Assembly (NCBI GenBank): GCA_028293125.1
Contig: JAQGPJ010000062.1
Location: 2,514 to 66,513, forward strand
DNA: 64,000 nt
Source: Verrucomicrobiales bacterium
GTDB taxonomy: Bacteria; Verrucomicrobiota; Verrucomicrobiia; Verrucomicrobiales; V1-33
Direction of reading: 5' to 3'
Positions 9,269 through 18,596 of this stretch are shown in pieces. The position numbers and the translations under genes were made by a program. The notes beneath the pieces are model-generated. The model saw only the letters and a program-made list of their open reading frames with translations. It was not told the origin of the DNA and searched no databases. The first letter of the stretch is position 1. Every line of letters begins with the position of its first letter.

Positions 9269-9936
9269 ATTCCACCCCAAAAATGAACAGCACCGCTCTG
9301 CTATACGCCCTTGGAACTGTCGTCACCTGGGGCCTCTACAGCGTGCTCCTCCACAAGGGCAGCATGGCCATGGCCATCCCCGGCGCTCCGGACTTTCTGG
9401 GATCCCGGATGAAGTCCTTCCTATTCGTCGGCGTCGCCTACCTCATTGTGGGGATCGTGGGGCCGCTGATCATCATGAAGCTTAAAGGTACCCCTTGGGT
9501 GTTTCCCACCGCCGGCTGGGCGTGGAGCTTGGTGGCCGGCCTGGCGGGAGCCATTGGCGCGTTTTTTCTGCTCATGGCCCTGAGCGCCGGCCACACGCCC
9601 GCGGAGTCGAAGCTGCTGCCGCTGCTGGTGCCCGCCATTGTGTTCTCCGGCGCGCCCATTGTGAACGCCATCGTCAGCATCACCAAGGACAGCCTCTGGA
9701 GCCGCACGCCGCCGCAGTTTTATCTCGGTATCCTCCTCGCCGGAGCCGGGGCCGCGCTGGTCATGAAATACCGCCCGATGGCGGGGCCCGCACCCGCCTC
9801 CGCCACCAAACCGGAGGCCAAAGCCGTCTCCGCCGCCGTGGCGGTCCCCGCGTCCGCTCCCGTTTCTGTTTCCACCGCCACCGCCCGTCCGGGCGGATTT
9901 GCGGATGTGACCACGCGCGTTTATTTTGTAAGCTGA
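9265..9936 (+). CDS. Small polytopic membrane protein (4-5 TM) with an Ala/Pro-rich C-terminal tail, unknown function
   Basis: The GTG at 9265 overlaps the TGA of the thioesterase gene (alternative ATG at 9283). Hydrophobic segments include LLYALGTVVTWGLYSVLL, FLFVGVAYLIVGIVGPLII, WAWSLVAGLAGAIGAFFLLMAL, LLPLLVPAIVFSGAPIV and FYLGILLAGAGAALV. Confidence 0.65.
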   Translation: MNSTPKMNSTALLYALGTVVTWGLYSVLLHKGSMAMAIPGAPDFLGSRMKSFLFVGVAYLIVGIVGPLIIMKLKGTPWVFPTAGWAWSLVAGLAGAIGAFFLLMALSAGHTPAESKLLPLLVPAIVFSGAPIVNAIVSITKDSLWSRTPPQFYLGILLAGAGAALVMKYRPMAGPAPASATKPEAKAVSAAVAVPASAPVSVSTATARPGGFADVTTRVYFVS

Positions 9937-9951
9937 GCCAGGCCGACCTTC

Positions 9952-11259
9952 ATGCCGGCTGCCACTTTCGACCGCGTGCCCCGAAGCGACACCATCGACC
10001 GACTCCGCCATTCCATCCGACGGCGGCAATGGGAGATGCTGCGCGCCCTGCTGGACACGGTGCTGAACACCAATCCTTTCCACCGCCGGCGGCTGGACAG
10101 CATTCCCCTGCACACGCTGGAGGAGTTCCTGAAAAACTGCCCACTGATGTCCAAGCGGATGCTGGTGCATGACCGCGAGGCCTTTCCACCTTACGGTTCG
10201 AACCAGACCTATCCGCTGGAGAACTACACCCGCTTCTGCCAGACCAGCGGCACCACCGGGCCGCCCCTGACCTGGCTGGACAGCCGGGATGACTGGGAGG
10301 CCATGCTGTCCTCCTGGCAGCATATTTTCAATGAGTTCGGGGTTATTCCCGGCGAGGACCGGGTGTTTTTCCCCTTCTCCTTCGGACCGTTTCTGGGGTT
10401 CTGGACGGCTTTTGAAGCCGCCAGCCGGGTGGGCTGCCTGGTCATTCCCGGCGGCGGCATGAGCTCCAATGCCCGCCTGCAGCTGATGCTGGACCATCAG
10501 GTGACCATCGCCTGCACCACGCCGACCTATGCCCTGCACCTCGGCGAAATGCGCCGGCAGCACCCGGTGATGCTGGAAAAGTCCTGGGCGCTGCGGGCCT
10601 TTGTAGTGGCCGGAGAGCCCGGTGGCAGCCAGCCCGGAGTGCTGGCCCGGCTGGAGGAACTGTGGCCCGGCGTGAAAATTCTGGACCACCACGGCCTGAC
10701 GGAGACTGGTCCCGTCAGCTACGTCGATCCCGTGCATCCCAACCGCCTGCGGGTCATGGAGGACGTGCATTTCGCGGAAATCCTGGATCCCGCCAGCGGG
10801 GTGGAGGTGCTGGAGGGCGGCACGGGGGAACTGGTGCTGACCACCCTGCACCGCCTCGGCTGCCCCATGCTGCGCTACCGCACGGGCGATCTGGTGAAAA
10901 AAGTCTATGCCGACGACGGCGGCCTCTGCCTGGACGGCGGGATTCTGGGCCGTCTGGATGACATGATCGCCGTGCGCGGCGTCAATGTTTACCCCACCGC
11001 CGTCGATGCGGTGCTGCGCCGGTTCCCGGAAATCGTGGAATATCAGGTGCGGGAAATCCGCCATGGCGCTCTGCTGGATCTGAAGGTGATTGTGGAAACA
11101 GCCGCCACCGGTCCCCGCGATCCTCTTCTTATCGCCGAACGTGTTTCCGTGGCCTTGCGCGACACCTTCCAGCTGCGCATGGATGTGGAGGCGGTGCCGC
11201 AGGGCACGCTGCCACGCTTTGAATTCAAGGCGCGCCGCTGGATCAAAGAAATCCGATGA
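9952..11259 (+). CDS. Adenylate-forming enzyme, phenylacetate-CoA ligase (PaaK)/coenzyme F390 synthetase-like family
   Basis: 435 aa. Has the AMP-binding P-loop-like motif FCQTSGTTGPPLTW, later TETGPVS and YRTGDLV motifs, and a C-terminal GVNVYPTAVD segment typical of the PaaK-like subfamily. Confidence 0.8.
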   Translation: MPAATFDRVPRSDTIDRLRHSIRRRQWEMLRALLDTVLNTNPFHRRRLDSIPLHTLEEFLKNCPLMSKRMLVHDREAFPPYGSNQTYPLENYTRFCQTSGTTGPPLTWLDSRDDWEAMLSSWQHIFNEFGVIPGEDRVFFPFSFGPFLGFWTAFEAASRVGCLVIPGGGMSSNARLQLMLDHQVTIACTTPTYALHLGEMRRQHPVMLEKSWALRAFVVAGEPGGSQPGVLARLEELWPGVKILDHHGLTETGPVSYVDPVHPNRLRVMEDVHFAEILDPASGVEVLEGGTGELVLTTLHRLGCPMLRYRTGDLVKKVYADDGGLCLDGGILGRLDDMIAVRGVNVYPTAVDAVLRRFPEIVEYQVREIRHGALLDLKVIVETAATGPRDPLLIAERVSVALRDTFQLRMDVEAVPQGTLPRFEFKARRWIKEIR

Positions 11260-11945
11260 TCGCTGAACTCCTCAACGTCTCCAAAAGCTACCGCACCTCG
11301 CCGGACTCCCCGGTGCAGACGGTGCTTTCCGGTCTGAATCTGTCCATCGCCGCCGGGGAAACCCTGGCCATCACCGGACCCAGCGGGTGCGGAAAAAGCA
11401 CAGTGCTCAATCTGCTGGGCACGCTTGACCAGCCGGATGAGGGAACCGTGAAGCTTTTCGGGGAGGAGGCCCCTTTTGGCAATGAGGAGAAACTGAGCAG
11501 CCTGCGGGCCCGGAAGCTGGGATTCATCTTCCAGCTGCACCACCTGCTGCCCCAGTGCACCGCGCTGGAGAATGTGCTGGTGCCCACTCTGGCCGGTGGC
11601 CATCCCAAACCCGACCCCGCCGCCATGCAGGAACGGGCGGATAATCTGCTGAACCGCGTGGGTCTGGGCCGGCACGCCGATAAAAAACCAGCCCAGCTTT
11701 CCGGCGGGGAACGCCAGCGCGTGGCCGTGGTCCGGGCGCTGATCCGCCAGCCCGGCCTGCTCCTGGCCGACGAGCCCACCGGAGCCTTGGATGCCGCCAG
11801 CGCCGCCTCGCTGATGGATCTGCTGCTGGAGCTGAATGAGGAACAGGGCACCGCCCTCGTGCTGGTCACCCACGATCCCGCCCTCGCCCACCGCATGGGC
11901 CGGCAGTATCATCTGAAGGACGGCGTGCTGGTGAAGCCGGAATAG
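11256..11945 (+). CDS. ABC transporter ATP-binding protein (LolD/MacB/FtsE-like), no permease gene adjacent
   Basis: Walker A GPSGCGKST, Q-loop, signature LSGGERQRVAVVRAL, Walker B LLLADEPTGALD, H-loop VTHD. The start ATG overlaps the stop of the upstream ligase gene (ATGA at 11256-11259). Confidence 0.9.
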   Translation: MIAELLNVSKSYRTSPDSPVQTVLSGLNLSIAAGETLAITGPSGCGKSTVLNLLGTLDQPDEGTVKLFGEEAPFGNEEKLSSLRARKLGFIFQLHHLLPQCTALENVLVPTLAGGHPKPDPAAMQERADNLLNRVGLGRHADKKPAQLSGGERQRVAVVRALIRQPGLLLADEPTGALDAASAASLMDLLLELNEEQGTALVLVTHDPALAHRMGRQYHLKDGVLVKPE

Positions 11946-12048
11946 CTCCGGGTTTCCCCTGCCTTCCACTTACACTTACCGCACCTGTGTCTGTGGAAAG
12001 GCGGAATGGCCCGCGGATGTGCCCGCCCCCCGATTCAATACCCCCGAT

Positions 12049-13194
12049 TCAATATAGAGCTGCCACCGCCGCCGTATAGCCGTGGTGGAAATTGAGGCCG
12101 GCCACGGGGCCGAACTCGCCATTGCAGAAAAAGCCGGCCACGGGCACCGGGCCGAAGGTTTCCGCCAGGATGCCGGCATCGTGATTGGGAACGCCGAACA
12201 ATTGCTGGCCCCGCCCGCCGCAGGAAAAGCAGAGCATGGCCAGGGGCGTGCCCTCCCGGCTGCGCAGCGCCTCGCTGCGCAGCCTCAAATCCTCATCGGC
12301 GGCATCCTTCTCCCGCAGCTGAAACTGCAGGGTCTGCCCCACGCGGGGACTGGCCCCGATTTTCAGGGCTCCGGTGGTGGGATCGCCCCCCAGGATGTTG
12401 CGCACCAGAAAATCGCCCCGTTGGAACTCATCGCGGTACTCGGACGCGGCCAGTCCGGCCATGATATTGCCGTGGGCCACCTTCTGATCGTCCTCCGGCA
12501 GGTTTTCAAAGGTCTCCACCAGCACGTCATAGGCGCGCCGGCCGCCCACGCCCAGCACCACATCGTCATCCACCCGCGTGATCGTATAGGGCTCTCCGAT
12601 GGGCTGGCATCCCTGGCTGACAATGCCATGGATCACCGTTCCCGGCAGATGGATGGCGATGCCGGCGGAATCCAGCTGCATGGACTCGTGATGCAGGGTG
12701 AAAAGTGTCTCCGTATCCCAGCCCCCGCTGGCCAGGCCGCCGTAAAGGGGCACGCCGGGGTAGATCCGGTTCAGATCCTCCAGCAGCGCCTGGGCATTGA
12801 GCCGCAGGGGATTCCCCAGCAGCAGCCAGCCCCCGGTGGCGGGCCGGTCGCGGGGAATCTGAAACGTCTCGTCAATGATCCACGACCCAATGTCCTCCCC
12901 AGGCAGGTTCAGAAACATCAGGGAAAAGCCGCTCACCTCCTCGTCCTCCTGATCCGTGCCGATCATCCCGTCCGTCGAGCACCCCGCCACCCGGCGGACA
13001 TGACCCTCCACCTGAATGATCTCCACCAGCTCCCGGAGGTGCGGTCTCCAGTCCGGGGAGACAAACACCAGTGCCAGACTGGCCCCGCCGGTCTGCTCCC
13101 GCAGGGACCGGGCCGCGGCGATGACGGCCTGCTCATCCCATTTGGTGAGCCTGATGCATGAAGCCGCCCGGCGTTGGGGGGGGGATGTCGTCAT
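12049..13194 (-). CDS. FIST (N+C) domain sensory protein
   Basis: Track ORF 12049..13485 reads through a tRNA gene. The true start is most likely M98 (ATG at 13194-13192, MTTSPPQRRAAS...). The C-terminal GFFCNGEFGPV motif is typical of FIST_C. Confidence 0.75.
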   Translation of the reverse strand: MTTSPPQRRAASCIRLTKWDEQAVIAAARSLREQTGGASLALVFVSPDWRPHLRELVEIIQVEGHVRRVAGCSTDGMIGTDQEDEEVSGFSLMFLNLPGEDIGSWIIDETFQIPRDRPATGGWLLLGNPLRLNAQALLEDLNRIYPGVPLYGGLASGGWDTETLFTLHHESMQLDSAGIAIHLPGTVIHGIVSQGCQPIGEPYTITRVDDDVVLGVGGRRAYDVLVETFENLPEDDQKVAHGNIMAGLAASEYRDEFQRGDFLVRNILGGDPTTGALKIGASPRVGQTLQFQLREKDAADEDLRLRSEALRSREGTPLAMLCFSCGGRGQQLFGVPNHDAGILAETFGPVPVAGFFCNGEFGPVAGLNFHHGYTAAVAALY

Positions 13195-13216
13195 GGCGGG
13201 AAGAGGTAAGGAATAG

Positions 13217-13298
13217 TGCCAGGAACAGGACTCGAACCTGCACGGATTGCTCCACCAGATCCTAAGTCTGGCGCGACTGCCAATTTCGCCATCCTGGC
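13217..13298 (-). tRNA. tRNA-Leu (anticodon UAG), 82 nt, class II with long variable arm
   Basis: The reverse complement folds by hand as a cloverleaf: acceptor GCCAGGA/TCCTGGC plus discriminator A, anticodon stem CCAGA/TCTGG with loop CTTAGGA, variable arm TGGAGCAATCCGT, T-arm GCAGG-TTCGAGT-CCTGT. Confidence 0.9.
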
Positions 13299-13622
13299 AT
13301 AATGTGGGGACACGGCCAAAAATAGAGCGGAATCCTGGCCGGGACGCAACCCCAGTATCGGAAAACAGTGTCTTTTTCCGGAACGACTGGTCTTTTTTCG
13401 GGGTGGCGATGCGGATACCCACCCCGAAGCCACCGCGCCGCTCCCTGCTCCCGGCATATCCACCAGGCATCCTGACAGACTTCATTTTTTTGTGGCAGTC
13501 CTCAACAGCAGGATTGATTTCAAGTTAAACTGTCAAAACGCAGTCAGATATTCCCCTATCGCAAAAATCATTGCGGCGGCGCTTACAGTGTGGAATTCTG
13601 CGATTCCCCAAAACTGATCAAT

Positions 13623-15848
13623 ATGTCCCTCCGCCCCTTGAAACCCGTTGGCCGTATCTCCGCCCCAAGGCGGGCACGCCGCTCCGTCCGCTATGGCGGC
13701 GGCGGTCCCGCGCTGATGGCTCTCCTGCTGTTGGGCATCGGCGGAGGCGGCGCCTGGTGGATGATGCAGCAGCCGAAGTCCCTTCAGACGATGGCCACCG
13801 CTGCTGCCACTGACGCTGCGGAGCCCCGAAAAACCGCCGGGGACGCCGCCGGCGGCGGGGTGGAGGACGATTCAGAAGCCAAACTCTCCGCCATCCTTTC
13901 CCAGCCTTCCAAGATCCTGGTCCGGCCCACGGCTCCCAAAACGTCCGCCGCCACCCCCGAGACGCTGGAGCTGGTGGATGCCTTTGCGGAGGAGAAGGAG
14001 TTTTCGGGTGATTCCGAAATGCCGGCCGTCAAGGTGGATGCTGAGCCGCAAGCGGATTTTGGCAAGCTGCTGGTGCTGGAAATGCCCGCCGCCAGCCAGG
14101 AGGTGAATGTGGAGGCGCGTAAAAAAGCACTGGATCTGGCCTTCTCCACCGGGGGATGGGACCACTACCGGCAGTATCTGGGGCGCTCCCTGCGCGCCTG
14201 GCTGGACCTGCGCTTCAAGGGCACGGAGACGGATGTCCTTGCACCCCTTTTTGAAAATCCCTATACCTCCGAGGTGCTGCTGCAGCACGCCTTCCTGACC
14301 GCCGCTGGTCAGGGCATCCCGGATTTCCTGAAGAAAAATGAGGCTGGGCCGCCCTTTCTGCGCTGGGTCTTCAGCAACCAGGACGCCATGCGCTCCTTTG
14401 CGCAGACCATTTCCCGGGAGGACAATGTTCCCGAGGTTTTCCGCATCTGGAGCGGCATCACCAACGAGGAGCCGTCCGCCACGACCACTTATCTGCAGCT
14501 GGGGCTGGCCTGCGCCCTGGTGTTCGACGAGCTGAAATCCGTGCGCTGGAATGACCGGAAGCTGGAGATGAACTACATGGACCGCTTCCGGTTCTACCGG
14601 GAAAACGCCGACGCCGGCCGGCTGACCGGCAAAATACGCCTCATGTCCGCCGCCGATCTGATGTGGGTGGTGTGCGCCCCCGTGCCGCAGTCGGAGCTGG
14701 AATGGGCGCTGAAGAAGGCGGACTGGCGTCAGAAAAGCTGGGGGGATGCCTACGATTTCATCAAGTATGACATGGAGAAAGCGGTTAACGGGGTGAGTAA
14801 GGATCCCTATGATTCCTATACATTCGAGGAAATCAAAAAGAAGGGCGGCATCTGCTCGGACCGTTCCTATTTCTCCGCCAACACTGCCCGCGCCCACGGC
14901 ATCCCCGCCGCCGTCCTGGGCGGTGACGGCCCCCGTGGCGGGCACGCCTGGATCACTTGGCTGGCGGAGGAGGGGGAGTGGAAGTTCGCCGGACGGCTGG
15001 GGGGTTATCCCTCCGGCCACTGCGGCAATCCCCAGACCGGGGAAGAAACGTCCGAGGACGATTTCATGCGCGCCAATGACCGCCGCGCCGCCGGCCCCAC
15101 ACGGGTCCTGAAAGCCCGGCAGTGGCTCTGGCTGGCCAATCTTTACGGCGCAGATCCCGAAAAGGCCGATGCCCTGATCGCCGCCGCCCGCAAGGCGGCC
15201 CCCAATCTGCCGCTGGTGGCGGAGGCGGAACTGCTCCTGTGGATCAACCGCCGCCAGGATTCCCCGGTCGACGACTGGAAAAAGTTCATCGCCGCCCTGC
15301 GGAAGGAATTCCGCGACAACTCGGGCCTCATGGCCATGGTCCGCAAGGCGGAGGAAACCTATATCTTCGCCCGCCAGGACACCAAGGACTCGCTGCACAC
15401 CCTGCGCCGGGAGGCCACCAAAATTGCCAAAACCAAAGGAGCGGACGCCGGAATCGCCCCCGATATCAAAAATCTGGCCGAAGCCTTCCGCCGCCAGGCG
15501 GAACTGCTGGTGACTGCCAATGACCTCGACGGTGTGCGTGGCATCTACCGCCGCGCATTTTCAGAGTATGGGGACGATCCCGCCCTTTTCAAAGCGCTGG
15601 CCAACGACCTTTTCGACTTGGTGGAGAAGGATAAAACCATCGCCGCCAAGGCCTGCCGCGATCTGGAGAACTCCTGTCGGCGGTATGTTGGCCGGGGCGG
15701 CGGCGACTGGTTTGACGTGACCAGCCAGAACACTGCCTGGCAGCTGGTGGCCACCTGCTACCGCAAGTGCGGCCAGGAGAAGAAGGCCATCACCATCGAG
15801 CGCCAGCTGGAGCAGCGCAAGAATGCCGCCAAGCGTCAGGCGGTATAG
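13623..15848 (+). CDS. Membrane-anchored transglutaminase-like (Cys-His core) domain protein with helical-repeat C-terminus
   Basis: ATG at 13623 (MSLRPLKPVG...), N-terminal TM (ALMALLLLGIGGGGAWWMM), and a transglutaminase-like core GGICSDRSYFSANTARAHGIPAAVLGG...GGHAWITW. Confidence 0.7.
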   Translation: MSLRPLKPVGRISAPRRARRSVRYGGGGPALMALLLLGIGGGGAWWMMQQPKSLQTMATAAATDAAEPRKTAGDAAGGGVEDDSEAKLSAILSQPSKILVRPTAPKTSAATPETLELVDAFAEEKEFSGDSEMPAVKVDAEPQADFGKLLVLEMPAASQEVNVEARKKALDLAFSTGGWDHYRQYLGRSLRAWLDLRFKGTETDVLAPLFENPYTSEVLLQHAFLTAAGQGIPDFLKKNEAGPPFLRWVFSNQDAMRSFAQTISREDNVPEVFRIWSGITNEEPSATTTYLQLGLACALVFDELKSVRWNDRKLEMNYMDRFRFYRENADAGRLTGKIRLMSAADLMWVVCAPVPQSELEWALKKADWRQKSWGDAYDFIKYDMEKAVNGVSKDPYDSYTFEEIKKKGGICSDRSYFSANTARAHGIPAAVLGGDGPRGGHAWITWLAEEGEWKFAGRLGGYPSGHCGNPQTGEETSEDDFMRANDRRAAGPTRVLKARQWLWLANLYGADPEKADALIAAARKAAPNLPLVAEAELLLWINRRQDSPVDDWKKFIAALRKEFRDNSGLMAMVRKAEETYIFARQDTKDSLHTLRREATKIAKTKGADAGIAPDIKNLAEAFRRQAELLVTANDLDGVRGIYRRAFSEYGDDPALFKALANDLFDLVEKDKTIAAKACRDLENSCRRYVGRGGGDWFDVTSQNTAWQLVATCYRKCGQEKKAITIERQLEQRKNAAKRQAV

Positions 15849-15920
15849 CAGGCAGCCTCCCGGAGGTTCGCCGGGATCCGCCGTTCGGCCCCTGCCCCGG
15901 CACAGTGGATTGCAGAATAG

Positions 15921-15966
15921 AAGCCCCCGGCCTGAATCCATCAGGCACGGGGGCTTGAATTTTCTC
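15921..15966 (+). terminator. Intrinsic terminator between convergent genes (transglutaminase-like gene and nagB)
   Basis: 9-bp perfect stem AAGCCCCCG (15921-15929) / CGGGGGCTT (15948-15956), followed by GAATTTTCTCC. Confidence 0.5.
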
Positions 15967-15991
15967 CGGTTTTGACCAGCCTGACCAGCTG

Positions 15992-17872
15992 TCAGCCCTC
16001 CCAGCGGCGAAAGGCCTCGATGGCTTCGTACTCCGCAGTGCCGAGGGCGTCGTAGAGCCGGGCCGTGACACGGTTGCGCTCGCCGTCGAGCAGTTCCGGC
16101 ACAGTGTGGGACTGGAATTTCTGCACGGCGGACAGCTTGTGGCTGAGCTGGTCGGGACTCATGGGAATGGCCATTTGGATTTCATGCGGGGCGAACTCCG
16201 TCTGCTGTCCCCGGTAGAGCCAGACATGGCAATGCTTCCGCCAGGCTTGGCCGGCGCGGGCTTCCCATGCGGCTTGGAAGGCTTGGAAGGCGACGCCCTG
16301 CACACTGCTGGGGTCCGCGAGATTGCCGGTGATGTAAATCTGGTGGGGGCGCAGGGTGGCCAGCACGGAGCCGACGGCGGCAATGTCGGCCTCCGACAGA
16401 CGGAACTGCCGGTACCGGCCCTCGGTGTAAAAAGGCAGATCCAGGAAACGGATCTGCCCGGGCTTCACGCCGAGAGTCAGGGCGGAATCCCGCGCCTCCC
16501 CACGGCGGATCAACGCCTTGAGCCGTCGCAGGCGGGCCGGAGGATCGCCAAAGGGTCCCTTGGTCTCAATCTCCTCCAGCACCCCGCGGGCGTACTCGGT
16601 TTGCTCGCTCCAGCCCCCGGACTGCTGCTCGGCGGTTTCCAGCAGCACGCGGGCAAACCGGACAGCCTCGGCATCCGTCACCCGCAGGTCGCCGCCAGCC
16701 ATGTAGCAGACGTGGACATCGTGCCCCTGACTGACAAGGCGCTCGATGGTGCCACCCATGCCCAGGCTGTCGTCCTGAGGCTCGGGCGCGAAAACAAGCA
16801 CCGTTTTGGGAAAGGGGGCCGCCCGCTCCGGCCGGTGGGTGTCGTCGGCGTTGGGTTTGCCGCCCGGCCAGCCGGTGATGGTGTGCTGCTGGCGGTTGAA
16901 GATTTCGATGTTGAGATTGTAGGCATTGCCGTAGCGCGTCAGGAGCTCGGCCATGCCGTGCTCGTTGTACTCCCCGTCGCGCAGCTTCAGCACCGGTTTT
17001 TTGTCGGTCAGCGCCAGCCACAGCACCGCGCGGCGGATCTCCTTGGGTGTCCATTCCGCGCGTCCCACCAGCCAGGGCAGGCGGATGCGTGTCAAAGCGC
17101 CGGCGGCATCGGCATTGAGGACGAACCGGGCATCCGGATGGCTTTGCAGGAAACTGGCGGAGACGGCCTCCGTTTCCGGCCCCTCCACGGCCTTGGCCAC
17201 GATGTCGGCCTTGTTGCCGCCCCAGGCCATCAGCACCAGCTTCCGGGCCCGCAGGATGGTGCCGACCCCCATGGTGATGGCAAAGCGGGGGACATTCTCC
17301 TCCCTTAGAAAGTCCGGGGCTGCATCCTGGCGCGTGACCAGATCCAGGGGAATCAGACGGGTCAGGGAATCCTGGGACGATCCCGGCTCATTGAATCCAA
17401 TGTGGCCGGTGCGGCCGATGCCGAGGATCTGAAGATCAATGCCGCCGGCGTCCACGATTGCCTGCTCGTAGGCTGCGCAGTGGTTGAACACACCGTCCAG
17501 AGGCACGGTGCCGTCGGGCAGATGAATGTTCTCCGGCTTCAGGTCGATGTGGGCGAACAGCTGCTCCTGCATGAAGCGGAAGTAGCTTTCCCGGTGGTCA
17601 CGGGCCAGACCGTAGTATTCGTCCAGATTGAAGGTGATGACATCGTGGAAGCTCAGGCCCTCCTCCCGGTGCAGGCGGACCAGCTCGCGGTAAAAAGGCA
17701 CCGGCGTGGAGCCGGTGGCCAGTCCCAGCACCGCTGCTTTTCCCTGAGCGCGGCGCTCCAGGATGAGGTCCCGCACCTCCGCGGCCAGGGCCGCTGCGGC
17801 CTCCGCCGCCGAGGGGTGGATAACGACCGGGATTTTTTCGAATTGGGTGGCGGGGGAAGTTCTTGCACTCAT
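15992..17872 (-). CDS. nagB: Long-form glucosamine-6-phosphate deaminase (NagB domain fused to an LmbE/PIG-L-like domain)
   Basis: Preferred start is the ATG at 17872 (MSARTSPATQFEKIPVVIH...). The NagB core reads GLATGSTPVPFYRELV ... FNLDEYYGL ... GIGRTGHIGFNEPGS. The C-terminal half has LmbE-like VLVFAPEPQDDSLGMGGTIERL. The track ORF extends to 18205 but would overlap gntK. Confidence 0.85.
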   Translation of the reverse strand: MSARTSPATQFEKIPVVIHPSAAEAAAALAAEVRDLILERRAQGKAAVLGLATGSTPVPFYRELVRLHREEGLSFHDVITFNLDEYYGLARDHRESYFRFMQEQLFAHIDLKPENIHLPDGTVPLDGVFNHCAAYEQAIVDAGGIDLQILGIGRTGHIGFNEPGSSQDSLTRLIPLDLVTRQDAAPDFLREENVPRFAITMGVGTILRARKLVLMAWGGNKADIVAKAVEGPETEAVSASFLQSHPDARFVLNADAAGALTRIRLPWLVGRAEWTPKEIRRAVLWLALTDKKPVLKLRDGEYNEHGMAELLTRYGNAYNLNIEIFNRQQHTITGWPGGKPNADDTHRPERAAPFPKTVLVFAPEPQDDSLGMGGTIERLVSQGHDVHVCYMAGGDLRVTDAEAVRFARVLLETAEQQSGGWSEQTEYARGVLEEIETKGPFGDPPARLRRLKALIRRGEARDSALTLGVKPGQIRFLDLPFYTEGRYRQFRLSEADIAAVGSVLATLRPHQIYITGNLADPSSVQGVAFQAFQAAWEARAGQAWRKHCHVWLYRGQQTEFAPHEIQMAIPMSPDQLSHKLSAVQKFQSHTVPELLDGERNRVTARLYDALGTAEYEAIEAFRRWEG

Positions 17873-17903
17873 GCGGAAATGGATGGGAGGATGCCTGATC
17901 ATA

Positions 17904-18455
17904 ATGAATCCGCCACTGTCCGCTGCAACAAACGCAGGAATTGATGTTTTTCCTGTCCGGGTGTTAGTTCTCATGGGGGTTTCCGGCTCCGGCAAGACAT
18001 TGGTGGGCCAGGAGGTGGCCCGGCGCTGGGAAGCCTCCTTCGAGGACGCCGACCACTGGCACGCCCCGGAGGCGGTGGCCAAAATGTCCGCCAAAATCCC
18101 CCTCACCGATGAGGACCGCGCGCCTTGGCTGGCCCGGCTGCGGAGGGATGTGATCGAAGCCACCCCTACGGGCCGCCACATGGTGCTGGCCTGCTCCGCG
18201 CTCAAAAAACGCTACCGCGATGTACTGCGCGGCGGGGACCGCGATGTGCTTTTTGTTTATCTGGAGGGCTCCCTGCCCCTCATCGCGGAACGGCTCGCCG
18301 GGCGCTCCGGCCACTACATGCCCCCGGATCTGCTGGTCTCCCAAATGGCCACCCTGGAGGTGCCCGGCCCGCAGGAGGCAGCCACCGTCTCCATCGACCA
18401 GCCCCCGGACGGCGTGGCCGATGCCGTGATGGCCGCCATCCACGGAAAGCTATAA
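17904..18455 (+). CDS. gntK: Gluconokinase (GntK/IdnK family)
   Basis: From the ATG at 17904: ...VLVLMGVSGSGKTLVGQEVA ... LTDEDRAPWL ... ACSALKKRYRDVLR ... LLVSQMATLE, colinear with E. coli GntK as I recall it. Confidence 0.85.
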   Translation: MNPPLSAATNAGIDVFPVRVLVLMGVSGSGKTLVGQEVARRWEASFEDADHWHAPEAVAKMSAKIPLTDEDRAPWLARLRRDVIEATPTGRHMVLACSALKKRYRDVLRGGDRDVLFVYLEGSLPLIAERLAGRSGHYMPPDLLVSQMATLEVPGPQEAATVSIDQPPDGVADAVMAAIHGKL

Positions 18456-18513
18456 AACTGAAACCGGAACCGCAAAGCTCCGCTCCAAGCTTCTGAAAAC
18501 TTCCCCCTTCCGG

Positions 18514-18554
18514 GAAAAAAACCCGCGGAGGCACCGGTCAGGCACCTCCGCGGG
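18514..18554 (-). terminator. Intrinsic (bidirectional) terminator between gntK and the LamG gene
   Basis: 10-bp perfect stem CCCGCGGAGG (18522-18531) / CCTCCGCGGG (18545-18554). The A7 run at 18515-18521 gives a T7 tail on the minus strand, and ATTTCGATT follows on the plus strand. Confidence 0.7.
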
Positions 18555-18596
18555 ATTTCGATTGTTGATGTTTTCAGACCCGGGTCAGCCCGGCGT

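Noticed and set aside
12027-12054. Perfect 14-bp tandem duplication CCCCCGATTCAATA x2 spanning the FIST stop codon
   Set aside because: It is real in the sequence, but the first copy lies after the stop codon in the direction of translation. The duplication therefore does not change the protein and has no obvious function. It is treated as a replication-slippage scar.
13195-13485. N-terminal 97 codons of track ORF 12049..13485
   Set aside because: The extension reads straight through the tRNA-Leu gene (13217-13298). The FIST homology begins after M98.
17873-18205. N-terminal 111 codons of track ORF 15992..18205
   Set aside because: The extension would overlap the gluconokinase gene on the other strand and has no NagB similarity. 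NagB homology starts just after the Met at 17872.
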